Counted from the first letter of the stretch, positions 13,349 to 27,569 are shown. The stretch: 64,000 bases of DNA from Isurus oxyrinchus (GCA_026770705.1 JANJGN010000008.1:171368001-171432000); one strand, 5' to 3'. Notes: generated from the sequence alone by a model not told the origin. Made by a program: numbers and translations.

Positions 13349-15211
13349 TTACTGAAGTGGATACATCAGTTTTTTACTTGAGTCAGTTCTTTGCTCAACT
13401 GGATCACAAAAAGACAAGGAGTTTTTATTTACAGAAACACCTTTGGAACAGTCACACCTTATCCCAGTTGGTGGAAAAACTCTACTGCCCACTATATCAT
13501 TGCCCAATATAAAATCTACGTTTTTAATAGGTAATTTCGGAATAACTCCAACCATACAAGGCCCCTTCATCAGAGCACAATTTAAGCTTACTTTATGCAA
13601 TGGGAAAGGCACACACTTCCCATCAATACAGTGTATTAATACATTCTGATTCAGCAAATTTTCTGAAGAAACGTCCAAATCCTTTGCTAACTATAAGCTG
13701 TGAGCCAAGCCAGTATCTCTCAGGATAACAATTTTTCTAGACTCTTTCTTGGGCAAAAATGGAGTGACTTCACCTTTAAATATAAACCCCTTATAACCCT
13801 TTGCACCTGTAACTATTTCTAAGGTAAAAACATTAGATGCAATCGTTTTTTTACAATCTTCAATTTCTAGTGCAGATTTCCCTGTGGAAATTCCTGTTTC
13901 TTGCACTATTGCCACTGATATAACACCCATTTCTTTTCCTGGTATAACCTTTTCTGAAGACTCCTTAAGTGTTCCTATTACTGTCACCAGTTTACCGTTC
14001 AGCTCCCAACAATTGGCTTTAAGATGCCCTATCTTATGGTAATAGAAACATAGTGGTTTTGTTGCATCACTTCTTTCCTCTACGTTATCATTTTTATTGA
14101 CTGGAACAGTTTCTGCCTCCTCCCTATAACTAGGCTCTTTTCTATTCTTCCAGCTTTCCCATGGTTTACAAATAGAGATCTACTGCCTCCTAGCTGCCTA
14201 TGTGATACACCATGTCATACGTGTGTTACGTACTATCTGCCAGAATGGCTGCTTCCCATACTTTAGAAACCCTACAGTCTTCTAGGTGTGACTTAATCAC
14301 TACTGGGATGCTGTTTCGAAATTCTTCCAGTATTATTAACTCTCTCATATTCTCAAAAGTTTGTTTTAACTTCAATGATCGAAACCACCTATCAAACAAC
14401 ATTTCTTTCACCCTAGCAAATTCTATAAATGTTTCACTCTCTTTTTAAAGTCCAAAATTTCAATTGATATGCTTCAGGGATAAGCTCAAATACATTAAGC
14501 ACCATAGTTTTAACTATCTCATAACTTGAGGATTGTTATTCTGTAGGATTGGAATGTACACCCACAGTCTTCCCAACCAAAACACTTTGCAAAATAAGAG
14601 TCCATGTGTCCTTTAGCCACTTTAACTTTGTAGCCTTTTCAAATGAAATAAAATAACTCTTAACTCCATCTTCAGTGAATATAGGCAATATGTGAAGACT
14701 CTTGGTTAATTCAAACTTCTGAATGGGACTTCCCTCCTCACCTGAACTACAAGACTCTCTTTCACCCCGTAACCTGAGCAAGTTCATGTTTTCTGATTTA
14801 TTTCTCTCTTTGAAGCTCTCTTTCCCTTTCCTTACCTCTTTCCTCCCTTGCTAACCTCTTTTTCTGGAGATCAAGTTCAAACTTTCACATTTCTTTTTTT
14901 CCAGTTCAAGCTTTTTCATTTCCTTTTCTTTTCCAAATTCAAGTTTTTGCTTTTCTCTATCTCTTTCTAGCTCAAGCTGCTTCATCTGCAACTGAATTCC
15001 AATTCAACTGAATTACCATCTGGATTAACTTGCCCTTCTTCCAATTTTAAATGCCGTCTATTACCTCAATTATGTCAGCCTTCTTAGCCCCTGCTTTTAA
15101 TTTTAACTCTAACCCTGCTAGTGCAAATAATCTAACCTTGGTTGATTGTTGGAAAGCACTCCGGGATAAATCTTCCCACTCCAGAAAAGTCATAGTGATT
15201 GACAAAGCCAT
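13349..15211 (-). pseudogene. Gypsy gag-protease pseudo-ORF
   Basis: ATG at 15211 (MALSITMTFLEWE), charged coiled coil, then LPIFTEDGVKSYFISFEK..LKW..WTLILQSVLVGK and FDRWF...LEEFRNSIP (SCAN-like capsid). Followed by a degenerate knuckle CFYYHKIGHLKANC, protease LRDTG and FILGND; many stops and frameshifts. Confidence 0.85.
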
Positions 15212-15307
15212 TCTGCTTTTCAATCAGTATAGCATAATTCCCCTTAGAAATATTATCAACTTTAACCTCAGCAAATATCAACATTCATTTTTGCCTGTAG
15301 ATTTGAA

Positions 15308-15325
15308 ATCCCGCAAGAGCCCCCA
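15308..15325 (-). promoter_or_regulatory. Primer binding site, tRNA-Pro
   Basis: Minus strand tgggggctcttgcgggat matches the tRNA-Pro PBS TGGGGGCTCGTCCGGGAT at 16/18, directly after the 5' LTR. Confidence 0.85.
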
Positions 15326-15328
15326 ATT

Positions 15329-16726
15329 TGTATTATGATCCTACATCAGACTCCTGTTTTTGGTCTTTAACTGGATCTTACCAACAATGTTTTGTTTAAA
15401 GTAGGCAGAGTTTGAGATTCATTACACTTGCTAAGAAAATGAAGCCACAAGATTCCACGGGTTTTGAACAAACAAAAATAAACTTTATGATACAATATCA
15501 AAAGATAAAACAATTTACAATATTTATCTTAACCCTAATATTCAGGGTTAATATGAGATATATGTGAATTAACAGGCCAACTGTGGTCGAACACACCATG
15601 CTGTATAATAAATAGCAAATGTGAACAAGATAAATCCCACAAATTTCTCAGGAAACCAGATGTCAGTAAACACCACGAGTCAACCAATCTCACTGAAATT
15701 CTAGGCAGAATTTTATGGCCCATTGCAGCTGGGGCGGGGTTTTGAAATGCAGCAAGCTGTTCAAAAGTCCATTGACTTCGGCAGGACAGTAAAATCCCAC
15801 CGGGGTAAAGTTCAGCCCTCTGTCTCTCTCAGAAGAGAGTCCACACTTTTTACTTTTGAAGATCAAGCCTCTGAATTCCCTCTAAACCACTCCAGCTCGG
15901 ACTGCCTCAATGACTGCACACCTCCCAGGATTCCATCATCTCTCGAGACTCCAGTCCCCAGAATACACGAGTCTGCTCGTCAGCTTCCACTTACTCGTGC
16001 AATTTCAGCTCTTTAATAACTAGCTAGCTTCACTGACCCAGCACTGCCCCTGGATTTCACCTAATTCCAATCTGCCCTGCTACACCAAGCTATAAATGGC
16101 ATCCAGGGCTTCTTCTAAGCTTTAACCGTTTCTAGCACGGAGCCAATGACTTTCTGCCACCTTCTCAGCTCTCCAGAACTTCTCCTGACCCCTAACTACC
16201 AGAGCTATCAAACGGCTCCTGGGACTTCTCCTGAGCTACACAGAGCCAGCAAAACAGCAGCACCTTTGCTGGCTGGAGCCTGCTAGTAGCAGCAACTTTT
16301 TAGTATGGTCTTTTTCCCTGCTGCAAAACGCACGTATCCCCAGCAAAAACACAGATAAACTGAAACTCTAGAACTTCGTTAAGCTCCATCCATCTCCATG
16401 ATGACGTAAGCCTTCCAGGGTTCACTGAATGCTTTTAAACTAATGTAGCGTTAACTCAGAAAACCAAAACAACTCTTTTGTGTTGCGTTTCTTTATAAGT
16501 AGTGTATACACCTTGTCTCCAATTCTCCAGCTAAGTAAGCCCACCTGCTGTTTTATGATCTTACCTTACTAGCTGTTAACCCCTTATGTCCACGTGGCCC
16601 CAGCCGTCTCAGTGTATTAGACTTTAGTTGTATTTATTCCATTTTCTACTGTTGATTTTAATCTTCCCAGAACTAAAAATTATTTTGAAAATATTGTGAT
16701 GAACCATGAACTAGGCATTTATGATA
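15329..16726 (-). repeat. 5' LTR with MITE insertion
   Basis: Homologous to 11271-12225; bounded by the PBS and by ctaggcatttatgata. Confidence 0.85.
15703..15818. mobile_element. PIF/Harbinger-type MITE inserted in the 5' LTR
   Basis: aggcagaatttta...taaagttcagccc ends; core aagtccattgacttc shared with the MITE at 51352; absent from the other LTR. Confidence 0.7.
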
Positions 16727-17139
16727 AATGAATTTTCAATATCTATGTGTTTCTAAAGATTAAACAAAAGAAAATTAGCTGAACTAGGAGCATTACTTCT
16801 GAAAGGCTCAGGATTAACAATGTGTTAATATAAACAAGCCTCGTAAATTAATCACCCAAACTATTGAATGAAGTAAAGTAGATTTAATCATTTAAAAAGT
16901 ATCCAGTTCTCTTTCAACTTCTACCTTTGTTCTTTCTGCACCCCTCCTTGTATGTATCCTCACTAAGGAGAAGTATCCAAGCATAGAGACCCCTCATCAG
17001 TTGAGTGAAGGATCGGCTAAAAATGATCATTTTGGGAATTTGGATATATAAAAAAAATTAAAACTGATTAAAAGGGGCAGAATGTGATCAGAGTGTCACT
17101 TGAGTTGCTATTTGGACATCAAGTAGATGATGTGCTTTT

Positions 17140-17465
17140 TTTTTATTTAGTCACGGAATGTGAACTTCACTGGCTGGGCCAGCATTCATTTCCCATCCCT
17201 ATTTGCCCTTGAGAAGGTGGTGGTGAGCTGTCGCCTTGAACTGCTGCAGTCCATGTGGTGTAAGTACACCCACAGTGTTTTTAGGAAGGGAGTTCCAGGA
17301 TTTTGACTCAGCAACAGTGAAGGTATGGTGATATGTTTCCAAGTCAAGATGATGAGTGACTTAGAGGGGAACTTCCAGGTGGTGGTGTTCCCATCTTTCT
17401 GCTGCCCTTGTCCTTCTAGATGGTAGTAGTCATAGGTTTGGAAGATGCAGTCAAAGGAACCTTGT
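17140..17465 (-). mobile_element. CR1-group LINE 3' tail fragment
   Basis: Closely similar to 63670-64000 (gcccttgagaaggtggtggtgagctg...ccatgtggtgtaagtacacccacagtg). Confidence 0.8.
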
Positions 17466-17725
17466 AATTCAGAGACCTGAATTTGAATCCCACCACATCA
17501 GATGGTGAAATTTGAATTCAGTAAAAATCTGGAATTAAAAGTCTAATGATGACCAAGAAAACCATTGTCACATGTTGTAAAAACCCATCTGGTTCACTAA
17601 TGTCCTTTAGGGAAGGAAATCTGCCATCCTTACCTGGCCTGGTCTACATGTGACTCCAGACCCATAGCAATGTGGCTGACTTTTAAATGCCCTCTGAAAT
17701 TGCCTAGCAAGCCACTCAGTTGTAT
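17466..17725 (+). mobile_element. SINE body (same family as 28620-28945)
   Basis: B-box-like tttgaatccc; shared body aaaacccatctggttcactaatg...ctacatgtgact.cagaccca.agcaatgtgg. Confidence 0.75.
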
Positions 17726-20700
17726 CAAACTTCTAGTAATATCATAGATTTGTGTATTCAATTGGATGATAATTACAAGATAAATCTATCAAGTATCTTG
17801 GCTCTATTGAAATTTCAATCACATTCTGCACAAGAGACTTCTGGAGGAAATAACACTTTAGCCAGTTATTGCTAATTTTATACCCATTTTTGTGCTGCCG
17901 TCTAATGTCTGAGAAGTGGATTGAAATGCATAACTCATTTCATTTAATACCTTTAAACAACTGACAGGAACAGTTGACTCATTCATAATTTGTCCTTATC
18001 TTAAGTCAAATGCAGATCAACTAGGTGAATGACCAGTGTTATGACTTGGTTACTTGTATGAGTTGTTTCTTTGAACCTATTGTATGTGCAGATACAGTTC
18101 CCATAATCTTGAAAGTTCACTGATGGAGCCTTTTTAAATTAATAAATGTTTTGTAGTTATTTAAAATGACATAATTGTACCTTACATTTCATGACTATGG
18201 TCCACTGAAATACCGCAGTCTTTAAGATACTTGACTGTATGTTAATTTTAATAGTATCAATTTATCAAATTGTGAAACATTTATTGGTCCAATATTCATT
18301 TTGTACTGTTCTAAACCTATCCTCTGCTAGAATGTGACTTTTTCTATTCCACATTTAATGTTGCTCTGAGCTTTGTTATGAACAACTTCTTACTCCCTCT
18401 ATTGCATGGCAATTGTTTCACTTCAAAAAACACATAAAGCAAGGCCACAGAGATTCCAGAGCCCAGAAGTATCATACATCATTTCATGTTTGCTACAAGA
18501 AAAATGCTGTTTGTTGTAGCTGAGTTCTGGAAAAATAACTTGCCATTTAGAGATAGAAAGAATTTCCTCATTATCATAATTGAAGCTGTAACATAAAGCT
18601 TATAAAGGATCTCACTTGCACTAAGCAGAAAGAGGTAACAACTGTTGGACTTAACCAATTCAATCCTCAGCAATTTGGATAAGTTAGAATTAGGGGTAGA
18701 TATACTGGTTCTGTTAGACTAAAGGAGAATTTAATTGCTACAAACACAATTTTGCATGGAATACTTTCACTTTGCAATTGAATAAGTGTTCTAGAGCAAA
18801 ATAAATAATTTTAGCACAACAAAATAATTTAACTCAATGATTGGAACTTTCTGTTCTAAAGTTTATCACTTGTTGTGTTTAACCTGCTCCCTTTGTTTTA
18901 AGTGTTTTGTTGTGTCAGACTGTGCAGTTCACCTATTTTGCTAACCTAGTGTCCATAGTAAAGTTTATTCTGTATTTCTGAAGTGGGCTATTTTTTGACT
19001 TGTGCAAGAGGATTCCACAGTAATTGCCTATTGGTAGTCCAGTCTGGTTAATGTGGATGGTCAGTAAAATGCAAATTGTTTTGTAGAGAAATTGTTATTG
19101 GAATGCACCTAATTTAAAATTTAATGCAATTAAGGAAAATATGCAAGTTTTTCAAATATTATATAGTTCTGACTTTTCACTTGCCTGTCAGATATGTTGA
19201 TCAATGAATGTGGTGTGATACTGGCAACATTTCATGTTGTATGTACATTATTTCTCATTGCCAGGAACTGAATCTGGCCCCAGCAAAATTGTGTTTTGTG
19301 CATTTGACTCTCAGCAATTTTAGCTTATTTTGTTATTTGTGTATGTGAGTCTATCAGTGGACTGTGTTTTTCTTTGCATAGGTGTATATGTTTGCCTGTT
19401 CAGTTTACTCCTGTTAGACTGACCACAGAAAATGAAACTGACACTAAAATGTGTGTGAGGGACATAGATGCATACAATTATAATGAGACAGGGATGCACA
19501 CACAATTGGAGTAAGGGATACATTTAAGTGAGAGCAGTAGACAAAGATACACACAAAGCTGGAGCTGACTAATTGACTTTCTTACTATTGTTGATTTGTA
19601 TTATTTGACTAGTATTTATTCAAATTTTCTGTAACATTTTTATTTCATGTTTAATTTACTAGCTGCCATGAAATGTAGAACATAATTTACATGTAAAAGT
19701 GAAGAGATGGTAATAAAAATGCATCGAAAACTGATGTGGCTTTATGCCGTCAAGTTCGTTGAAGCCCACACATAGGTTAGTGCCGCTGAAAGGTGTAACT
19801 TTATAAAATGCAAATTAGTTTCCATAAGTAGCAATAGGTATACAAGCTGCAAAATCTGACCGCAAAATATTTGTCCAATGCAGAATTGCATAGTTTATTA
19901 GAGGCTGAAGACAGTAGTTATAATATTTTAAAGCTTTCCTATGCAGATGATGAGACGAGCTGTTTTTCATCATTTGTCAACTGCTTAACACATCTGCCAA
20001 CGTTATCCTGGTGTGCACAAGCAAGACAGAATTTTAAAAATGCATGCATGTGGATTAGGGTCAAGCCCTGTGTTTTTCTAATACAGCAGGTTCGCTGATA
20101 CAACTGCAGAAGTAGATCTAACCAACAGCAGTGAGATGCCTTAATTGAGACATGCTGTCAAAGTGACAAACACATTTGCATAAAGTGTATTTATTTTCAC
20201 TGTAACGGCCTGCAGTTTGCTGTTGGTTGAACATTCTTAATCAGCTTTCTCTAACCGAGCCTGCTGAAAGCTGTCCTATACACTGTGCTCTTCTACATTG
20301 CATGACAGTTTGTCTAAAGGGGGAAGGGACAGAAAGCTGAAATTTTTATGCTGCTGTTTTTGCCATTTTCGTATTAAATCAGCAGGCACATTTACAGCCC
20401 AAATGGCAGTGGACTTGTTTGTTTGGAGAGAGCACATGAAGAAGGAATGTTATTACTATTGCTTTTACCTCGCATCTATATTTATAGTTGAAAACTGTAA
20501 CTGTTCAAAACAGTTTTCCGTTCTGCAAATCTGTCGTACGTGTTGTGATCTGAATATCAATATTTTTTGAAAATTAGACATCGCTTTTCAAAAAGGGACG
20601 AGCTTCAAGTAAGAGAATGGGTGCTCACACTTCAGAGCAACAATGGGCAATAAATAGCCTACCTTTTTGCCATTTGATTCAACAATCTCCAGTACATATG

Positions 20701-22270
20701 TATTATGGAATAGTAGGGTAGCAACTTTGTTTGGTCCATGTATATCTTTGAAAAATATTTTAGCCAGATAAGTTCAGGGTGTACCCACTCCAATTTTGGA
20801 GCCATAATTATGTTCAACAATATTTTACTAATTGATATGTGATCTTGGAGATTTCATGACTGAAATACAGAATTTCATCAGGTCACTTCAGCACCTTGCA
20901 TAGAGTTACATATCCAAGCATAAAATGATCCCCAGTTATCTTTTAGCTTAATTCTTTTTCTCCTGGTCAAACCCCACTTGAATTTCACCTAGAAAGAGCA
21001 GTACATTTTAGAAATTGAGTTGCTATTACAGTATGTCATTAAAATTGTGGTCAAATTGCACAGACCCACAAATCAAAACAAAAATGCAGTTGGTGGACAA
21101 GATTTACTCTGCAGTGACAAAACTGGAGGATCAACTGGACATAGTCTCCCTCAGTTGCTATTCTCACACCAAAGGGCTAATATTGCCCCATGTCAACCGC
21201 ATCCAATAATTAATTGAACTTTGTAATTCCCTGTGAGAGGAGATTATAAGGGAATTCTCCTTTAATGAAGATAACATGGAAGGTTCAACTACAACTGAGT
21301 TGTTACTCCAACTTGAGTCCAACAATATAGTAATGCTACCCTCCAATAAAATCCCATTCTTGTGGCACTGTTAAACAAGTATCACGCAGGAAGGTCAATT
21401 AATGCTATGCCTTGAGAAGCTATCTGCCTTATAAATTGACTAAAATCACATTTCATTGCTCTTATTTTGAGCATTACATAAAGTGGTGTCTCAAACCATA
21501 TAGTTTAGGAGATAACAGTTATCATTTAAGTCCAAAAAGAGCACTAACTGAGCTATTGCACAGTGGGTCTACTGCCTTTTACCTGAAAACCAGTAGTTTT
21601 CATTCATCAAATTCAGGAATATGGGAGGACTGGGAGGGGCCAGTATGTGTGTTACAGATTGTAATATATGGGATTATACAGCAACTCAGATGAATACACT
21701 TCATTTGAAAACTGTCCCGTTAGAAGGCATAACAGAAACATTCTTTTATCTGTAAACTTACCGATGTTAATGCCATGAAAATCGTCCTAGGAACCGTTGA
21801 ATTATATCAAAGTGACAACATGTGGGGTTATTTGGGACAACCCTGGTAATAGTGCAGAGCTGATTGGGTGTTATTTGGTGCCTTATGACTTTCCAGTGAC
21901 ACATTTCTATGGTGATCACTTGAGACTGTTAACTACCTTTTGTTGAACTGAGTATCCACATCAAACCTCACATCAGAAAAATTGAAGTAACTGGTTCAAA
22001 GTGATGGTATATCGTGACAATGTCATGATTTAAATAAAATATTGTGTTTACCCAAAGAATTTGTGATCTGCTCTTACACTTATTGTTTGTTGATTATGAT
22101 GCAAGATCACTTCTGTATTCTTTCTAAATACTTTTGTATCAGTAGCGTGTCCTCCATTATCACAGTATTGACAACATTTAATAAGTTTACAACAGAACTA
22201 TAAAATTCAAAGAATGCTAGAAATACTCATCAGGTCAGGCAGCATGTGTGGCAAGGGAAGCCGAGTTAAC

Positions 22271-23443
22271 AGGCTGGATTTTCCCTGAGATGGGCTGACT
22301 CTGGAGACCTTTGAACATGGTGGGCAGGACCCAGATGCGAAAGGCTGGACCCCATTTCTGGCAGATTCAATTTCTGCTGGCAGGAGAAGGGGTTGGGGTG
22401 TGAATTTCACGGCTTGGAAACCTGAACTCATCAGGGCCATTTGAAATTAGTGCTGAGTTCAAACAGACCCCATTTTTGCTGTTCTAAAGACCTTACCCCG
22501 CAGTGTGGGAGCCATGAATTTATGAAAGAGCCGCAAATGCTCTTGAAGGGTGGATAAGGTCTGTTTAAGTGTTATGATCTGAAATTATTTAAATTCTCAG
22601 ATTGTTAAAAATACAAAAAACACAGGCTGCAGCTTTCATTTGGAGTAAAAAAGTGGACATCTGCTGTTGAAGTGCATTGATTGACAGGCCATCTGATGCA
22701 GCTTAGAAACAGACCATTAGCCATTTTTTCCTGCAATTTCATTGTTGACATTTCCCAAGGGTGGTTGTTACAGTTGAGCCTATTATGAATGCTTTGCTGA
22801 GTTTCAAAAGCTCCGAAACCTATTATGTCAGCAGGGAGGGCTGAGTTCACATTTTAATTGACAGTTTTAAGAAGCTGTTAAATGATTAGCTGTTTTGATG
22901 TGCTTAGTGAATAGAAGTTTGTTTTTACAACAGATTGACTACTTGAGGGGATATACATTTTTCGTATGGGTTTCGTAAATGGGAGTTTTCTCCATATCAC
23001 GTCTCTGAGTGTGAACGCTTTTAGATTGTTAAGTTTTTCATCTCCACATGGTTCCTGAGGTCAGCCCATGATGGATGCTCTTTTAGTGGCTATGAGCATG
23101 GCATTGCGGGCATGAGAGGGAATGAAGATGGCATGAGGTGTAAGCGGGGAAATAGAGAGTAAGGGGACATGGGGGAGTGGGTGGAGTGAGGGGAGGACTA
23201 AAGAGGGCCTGTCTATACAACTGGGCCAAAGTCCCAGAGAACCTAGGCCTTTTAACCAGCCCGCCTTGTCAATCACCCATCTCCATGACCGCCTCGGAAC
23301 TCGCCTCCGGTGATGGTGGACCAGACTCCATCCATCCCACACCTCCCTAGAATGAGAACTGACTCTTTTAAAAGAGACGGGCCTGCCAAGCTAGGGAAAT
23401 TTCCCAACTCGAGCTTCCCATCTCGGTGACAAAAATCTGACCC
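22271..23443. mobile_element. Harbinger-type non-autonomous element
   Basis: Ends aggctggatttt / aaaatctgaccc with subterminal inversion gagatggg / cccatctc; no coding capacity. Confidence 0.55.
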
Positions 23444-24326
23444 AATGGTTCAATGACTCTTCATCAGAACTTGCACATTAGTATTTTGCATATATACAAA
23501 AATTCAAAGCTCTGAACAGTGAGGAGCTGGCTAGTTACCAGATTATGCAAGTTGATAAACAGGAGGTCAGCAGTTCAGATATGTCTATGTCACACTTACA
23601 CTCAATGGCAACTCTTAATTTGCTGTTCATTTACTCCAGGAGAATATGTTCTTACTAATCAGAATATTTCTTCTCTAATTAAAGTTTGAGTTTTTCAAGG
23701 TTCTGGTAATCAGTGGGTTTTTTTTTTAAGTCTTACTGTTAATAATTTTTCCAACGTACATGTCCAGTGTAAACTTTTCACTTTTTTAGGCAATGGATGT
23801 CATGGTCAAACATTCACTAAATCTTCAGTGCTGAATATTCTTTGTAGCTTCCAATTTTTTCTATAAGAAAAAAAAACTGAATTTTGTGCAGCTGTAAATA
23901 ATTCATAGTATTCACTAAGTAACCTTGTATTTTAATCTTGTATCTTAAAATAAATGTATTGCTACATAAGTGAGATTGGAGTTCTCAAAGGACTTGTCTC
24001 TGATGAACTATGAACACATGCAGCATATTGTCATAGTTAGAGAGCATCCCAGCAGTAAATACTCAAAACTGGAAATAATACAACAGACTGTACAACGGAA
24101 CTCAGATTGCTTCTGGCTCGGTCCCAATCCAGATCTCTGGAGTGATACGTTATTATTATATAATCTTTGACTGTGGGTTTCTTTGGTTGTTGGGCTTTTC
24201 ATCAAAATATTTACCATCTGTTATTCTTATAACATGGAGAACACTTGACATTTTAATTTTCAAAGTACATGTTTATATGAGTTATGTTAGAGAGGTTCAA
24301 GAGAAAGCTATTTCTAAACGGTTATA

Positions 24327-24750
24327 AAACAACAACTTGCATTTATATGGTGCCTTTGATGTCGTAAAATGTCCCGAGGTGTTCTAGGAGTGGTAAGAAA
24401 AAAAATTGACACCTAAGCCACATAAGGAGATAGGGTAGATGACTAAATGCATGATAAAAAGAAGTATGTTTTAAGAAGCATCTTAAAGGAGGAGAGAGAA
24501 GTTGAAAGTTATACAGGGGTTTCCAGAGCTTGGGTCCTAGACAGCTAAATGCACAGCTGCTCAAAGTGGAGCAAAGGAAATTGGGGATGCACAAGGGACT
24601 AGAATTGAAGGATTCAGAGTCCTTGGAGGACTGTAGGGTTGGAGGAGGCTGCAGAGGTAGGTTGAGGTGGGGCCAGGGAGGGATTTGTACACAAGAATTT
24701 TACATTTGAACTGTTGTTGGACTTGGAGCCAAGGCAGGCTTCCGAGTACC
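24327..24750 (-). mobile_element. L2-type LINE 3' end
   Basis: aacaacaacttgcatttatatggtgccttt tail and minus-strand AFSCLGPKLW motif. Confidence 0.75.
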
Positions 24751-25981
24751 GGTGACAGAGAGTTATATTTGTGTAATCAACTGTAATGACCTTTCAAAAT
24801 GGGTGGTTGAGTTTTTTCCTTCCACAGATGTTAGAATGAAAGTGGTGGATTTCCCCACCGATTTTGATTTCGTTTTGAAGGGCTGGGTGATCAAAACACA
24901 GAATCCAGGTATCTTTTGTAAATGGTTGTCTTTAACAAGTCATCATGCCCCATGAAGGCATGTCCTACCCATAATCTTTAAAACATGAACTATAATCGAT
25001 TTGGAATCTCCTGGAACTGCCTTTTCTTTTAAAAATGGACATTAAAATGCTGCAACAAATGGTTGCCGAGAGTCACTTGACTTATTCTGTAGATTCCACC
25101 ATATTGAAATGTCAAAATAAATAAGTAGTATCAATAACCATCACCTGAAACCATCCAAAAGAGTTTCCTGACTTGAATGGGTCTTTTCAGAACAAAAGAT
25201 GGTGATTGCCTCAGATCCCCAAAATAAATGTCTGCTCACAAAAACCCAGGCTGTGGCTAATTAACTGAAGCCCAATACCATATTTGAAATGGAGCCATGA
25301 AGGACTGTATGGTAAGGCAGCCATGTTGGTCGCCCATTTAAAAAAAAGCCTTAAGAAATGTCTGCGTGACACAGAACAAAGTCTGCAGAGACAGCAGCAT
25401 AAAGGGCCGCAACATCTGTCCCTTTAAGAATTGGAAACTGCAACATCGTACGGTCTCCAAGCCTGTTCCTTTTAAAGTCCAGCAGTACAGAAAACTCAAC
25501 TCCTGGTAACAACACGACAAGTCACTCACATCATGACCTGCTGAAAATCCATTTCTTCAAGGGAATCCTGCAATAATCCAGATATGCGACTCTGGCTATT
25601 GAAACCACCGAGACTACCCTTCAGGACTGAAAACGCCTTCTTCACCAGGCCTGCAACGCCTGTTTTTTGTCTAGATGAGCCAATCACATGAATCATGACT
25701 TGAAAAATCCACTCTTCTCTTTAACTGTATTTTCCCTTGAGTATCTGTGAGAGTGGTGAGTAAGTGACATAGCCTTCGACTTTCGGGGTGAATGCATGAA
25801 TAAATAGCCCTTTATTTAAACCCTTGAATAGCTTGCTGCTGATTACTCAAATTGACCCCACACACTCGGGGGAGTTGGGGGTTGGATCAGAAACACATCT
25901 TCCTTTTCAAAAAAACACTGATTATGGACAGCAAGAGAGGGGATCAAGGGTTTCAGTTTTCTCTCATTCCTGTCCATAACA
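24751..25981 (+). mobile_element. Probable solo LTR
   Basis: Ends ...gtccataaca like the LTR at 49800-50743, with aataaa near 25800 and LTR-like composition. The 5' boundary and TSD are not resolved. Confidence 0.5.
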
Positions 25982-26724
25982 CAATGGTTAAGGTGATCAT
26001 CTGCATTCGGGAAGTTAACTGCACTTATTCTTGTGAAATATCAGGTGTGCAACTACTTTGTTGCCTTACGATAATTGAATAGATGTAACTGCTGGCAGGT
26101 GGAAGAGAGAATGTTTTCAATGGAAAGTACTTCCTTTTTTATATGTCCCCTGATCAGTGATATTTAGAAAAAAATAAAGCTCTCTGAAATATCCTTTTGT
26201 GGAGTTCCACTACCTGTAGATACAGAAGAAACAGATAAACTCTGGTAATATTGGACAAAGGCTACTTATGTATTGTTTCTGGTAAATGTGGTTGAATACC
26301 ACATGATTGTGCTGTTTAGGCCGATCAAGTGTCTTTTATCTAACAACATGTTTGTGTTTCTAAAAATACTGCAAAAATGATCAGATAATCAGTGTATGTA
26401 TGGGAGGCAGCCTTTAAAAAAGGAATATTGTGAGCAAATGAAATGTGATTGTTTTGTCAAAAAAGTACAAACTTTTTGTTTGAATTGCCTATCTAAAAAA
26501 TAATAGACATATAAACTTGCATAATAGGATAAATTCACTGATCACATGCTCCCTGTTGGGGGTTACGCTCAAAGAATTGCCTATATCTGACCTACATTTA
26601 GTTTGATAGTGGGATTTGCAAATTTACCCTAAAATCTCATCATCAATTCATAAAATGATGAAAGTTAGACAGTATGATGTGCAATGGGTAAATTCATATT
26701 ATGTCTTGAGTGACATCCTACCTG

Positions 26725-26888
26725 CAATTGTAATCGCCGCACCGTTGGTAGCTGTGCCTTCAATTGCCTAGGCTCCAAGCTCTGGAATTCCCTCCCCACA
26801 GCTCTCTGCCTCTCTATCTCACTTTCCTCCTTTAAAACACTTCTCAAAACCTTCTCCTTTGACCAGATTTTTGGTCATCTAACCTAAT
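26725..26888 (+). mobile_element. L2-type LINE 3' fragment
   Basis: gtgccttcaattgcctaggctccaagctctggaattccctccc...tcctttaaaacacttctcaaaacc..ctttgaccag. Confidence 0.75.
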
Positions 26889-27569
26889 GGGCAGAATTGA
26901 ATGTAATTGACATGGGTTCAGCTGACTGGTTGGAGAAACTGGTAAATCTGCTTCGCTTCTGAGGAGGAGGAGGGTGGGGAGTTGCCTGACCCGATTAAGT
27001 GCTGATCAGAGTGTCTGCCAGGCACTTAACTGGTGGGCCCTACTCGAAGGTGCAAGTCAGAGGCTGGCAACTCTCCATTGCAGGCAGCACCACCAGAAAG
27101 GGTCGCTGCTGCTGGTGATGCATCCAAGGGGAGGCCTAGGATTGCCGAGGGACCCAGACCATAGGTGAGTGAGAGCAGTATGGGGGTCACCAGAGAGAGG
27201 GCAGAGGGGAGTTGGAGGCAAGGGCGAGGGGAGTGGCTTTCAGCAGCCACCCCCTGCCCCCAAATGCCAGGTCCCTTGATTGGGCACTAATACTTTTGAA
27301 AGATGGACCCCACCCTCCCCCCTAGGAGACCGCAGGCAAACCTGACTGGAACGCCATGTAATCCCGAAGCCAGCACTAAATTTCGGTGGGCTCAGGGATA
27401 ATTGGTGGCAGTTGGCTCAATAATGTGTGTAATTGACAACCTGACGCAAGTGGGCGAGTTTTCTGCCTCCAATTGAGGGTATGTGCGCTGTAATCAGCCA
27501 TACAGGAGTTGAACGTTTACAAATGCAAGGTGAGAATGTCAGGACTGTCCTCACTGCATCTGGTCATCA

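Larger units (their letters stand above)
11271..16726 (-). mobile_element. Decayed Gypsy-type LTR retrotransposon, gag-pro only
   Basis: Two homologous direct repeats (11271-12225, ~15330-16726), tRNA-Pro PBS, purine tract, and gag, zinc-knuckle and protease remnants on the minus strand. Confidence 0.88.
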
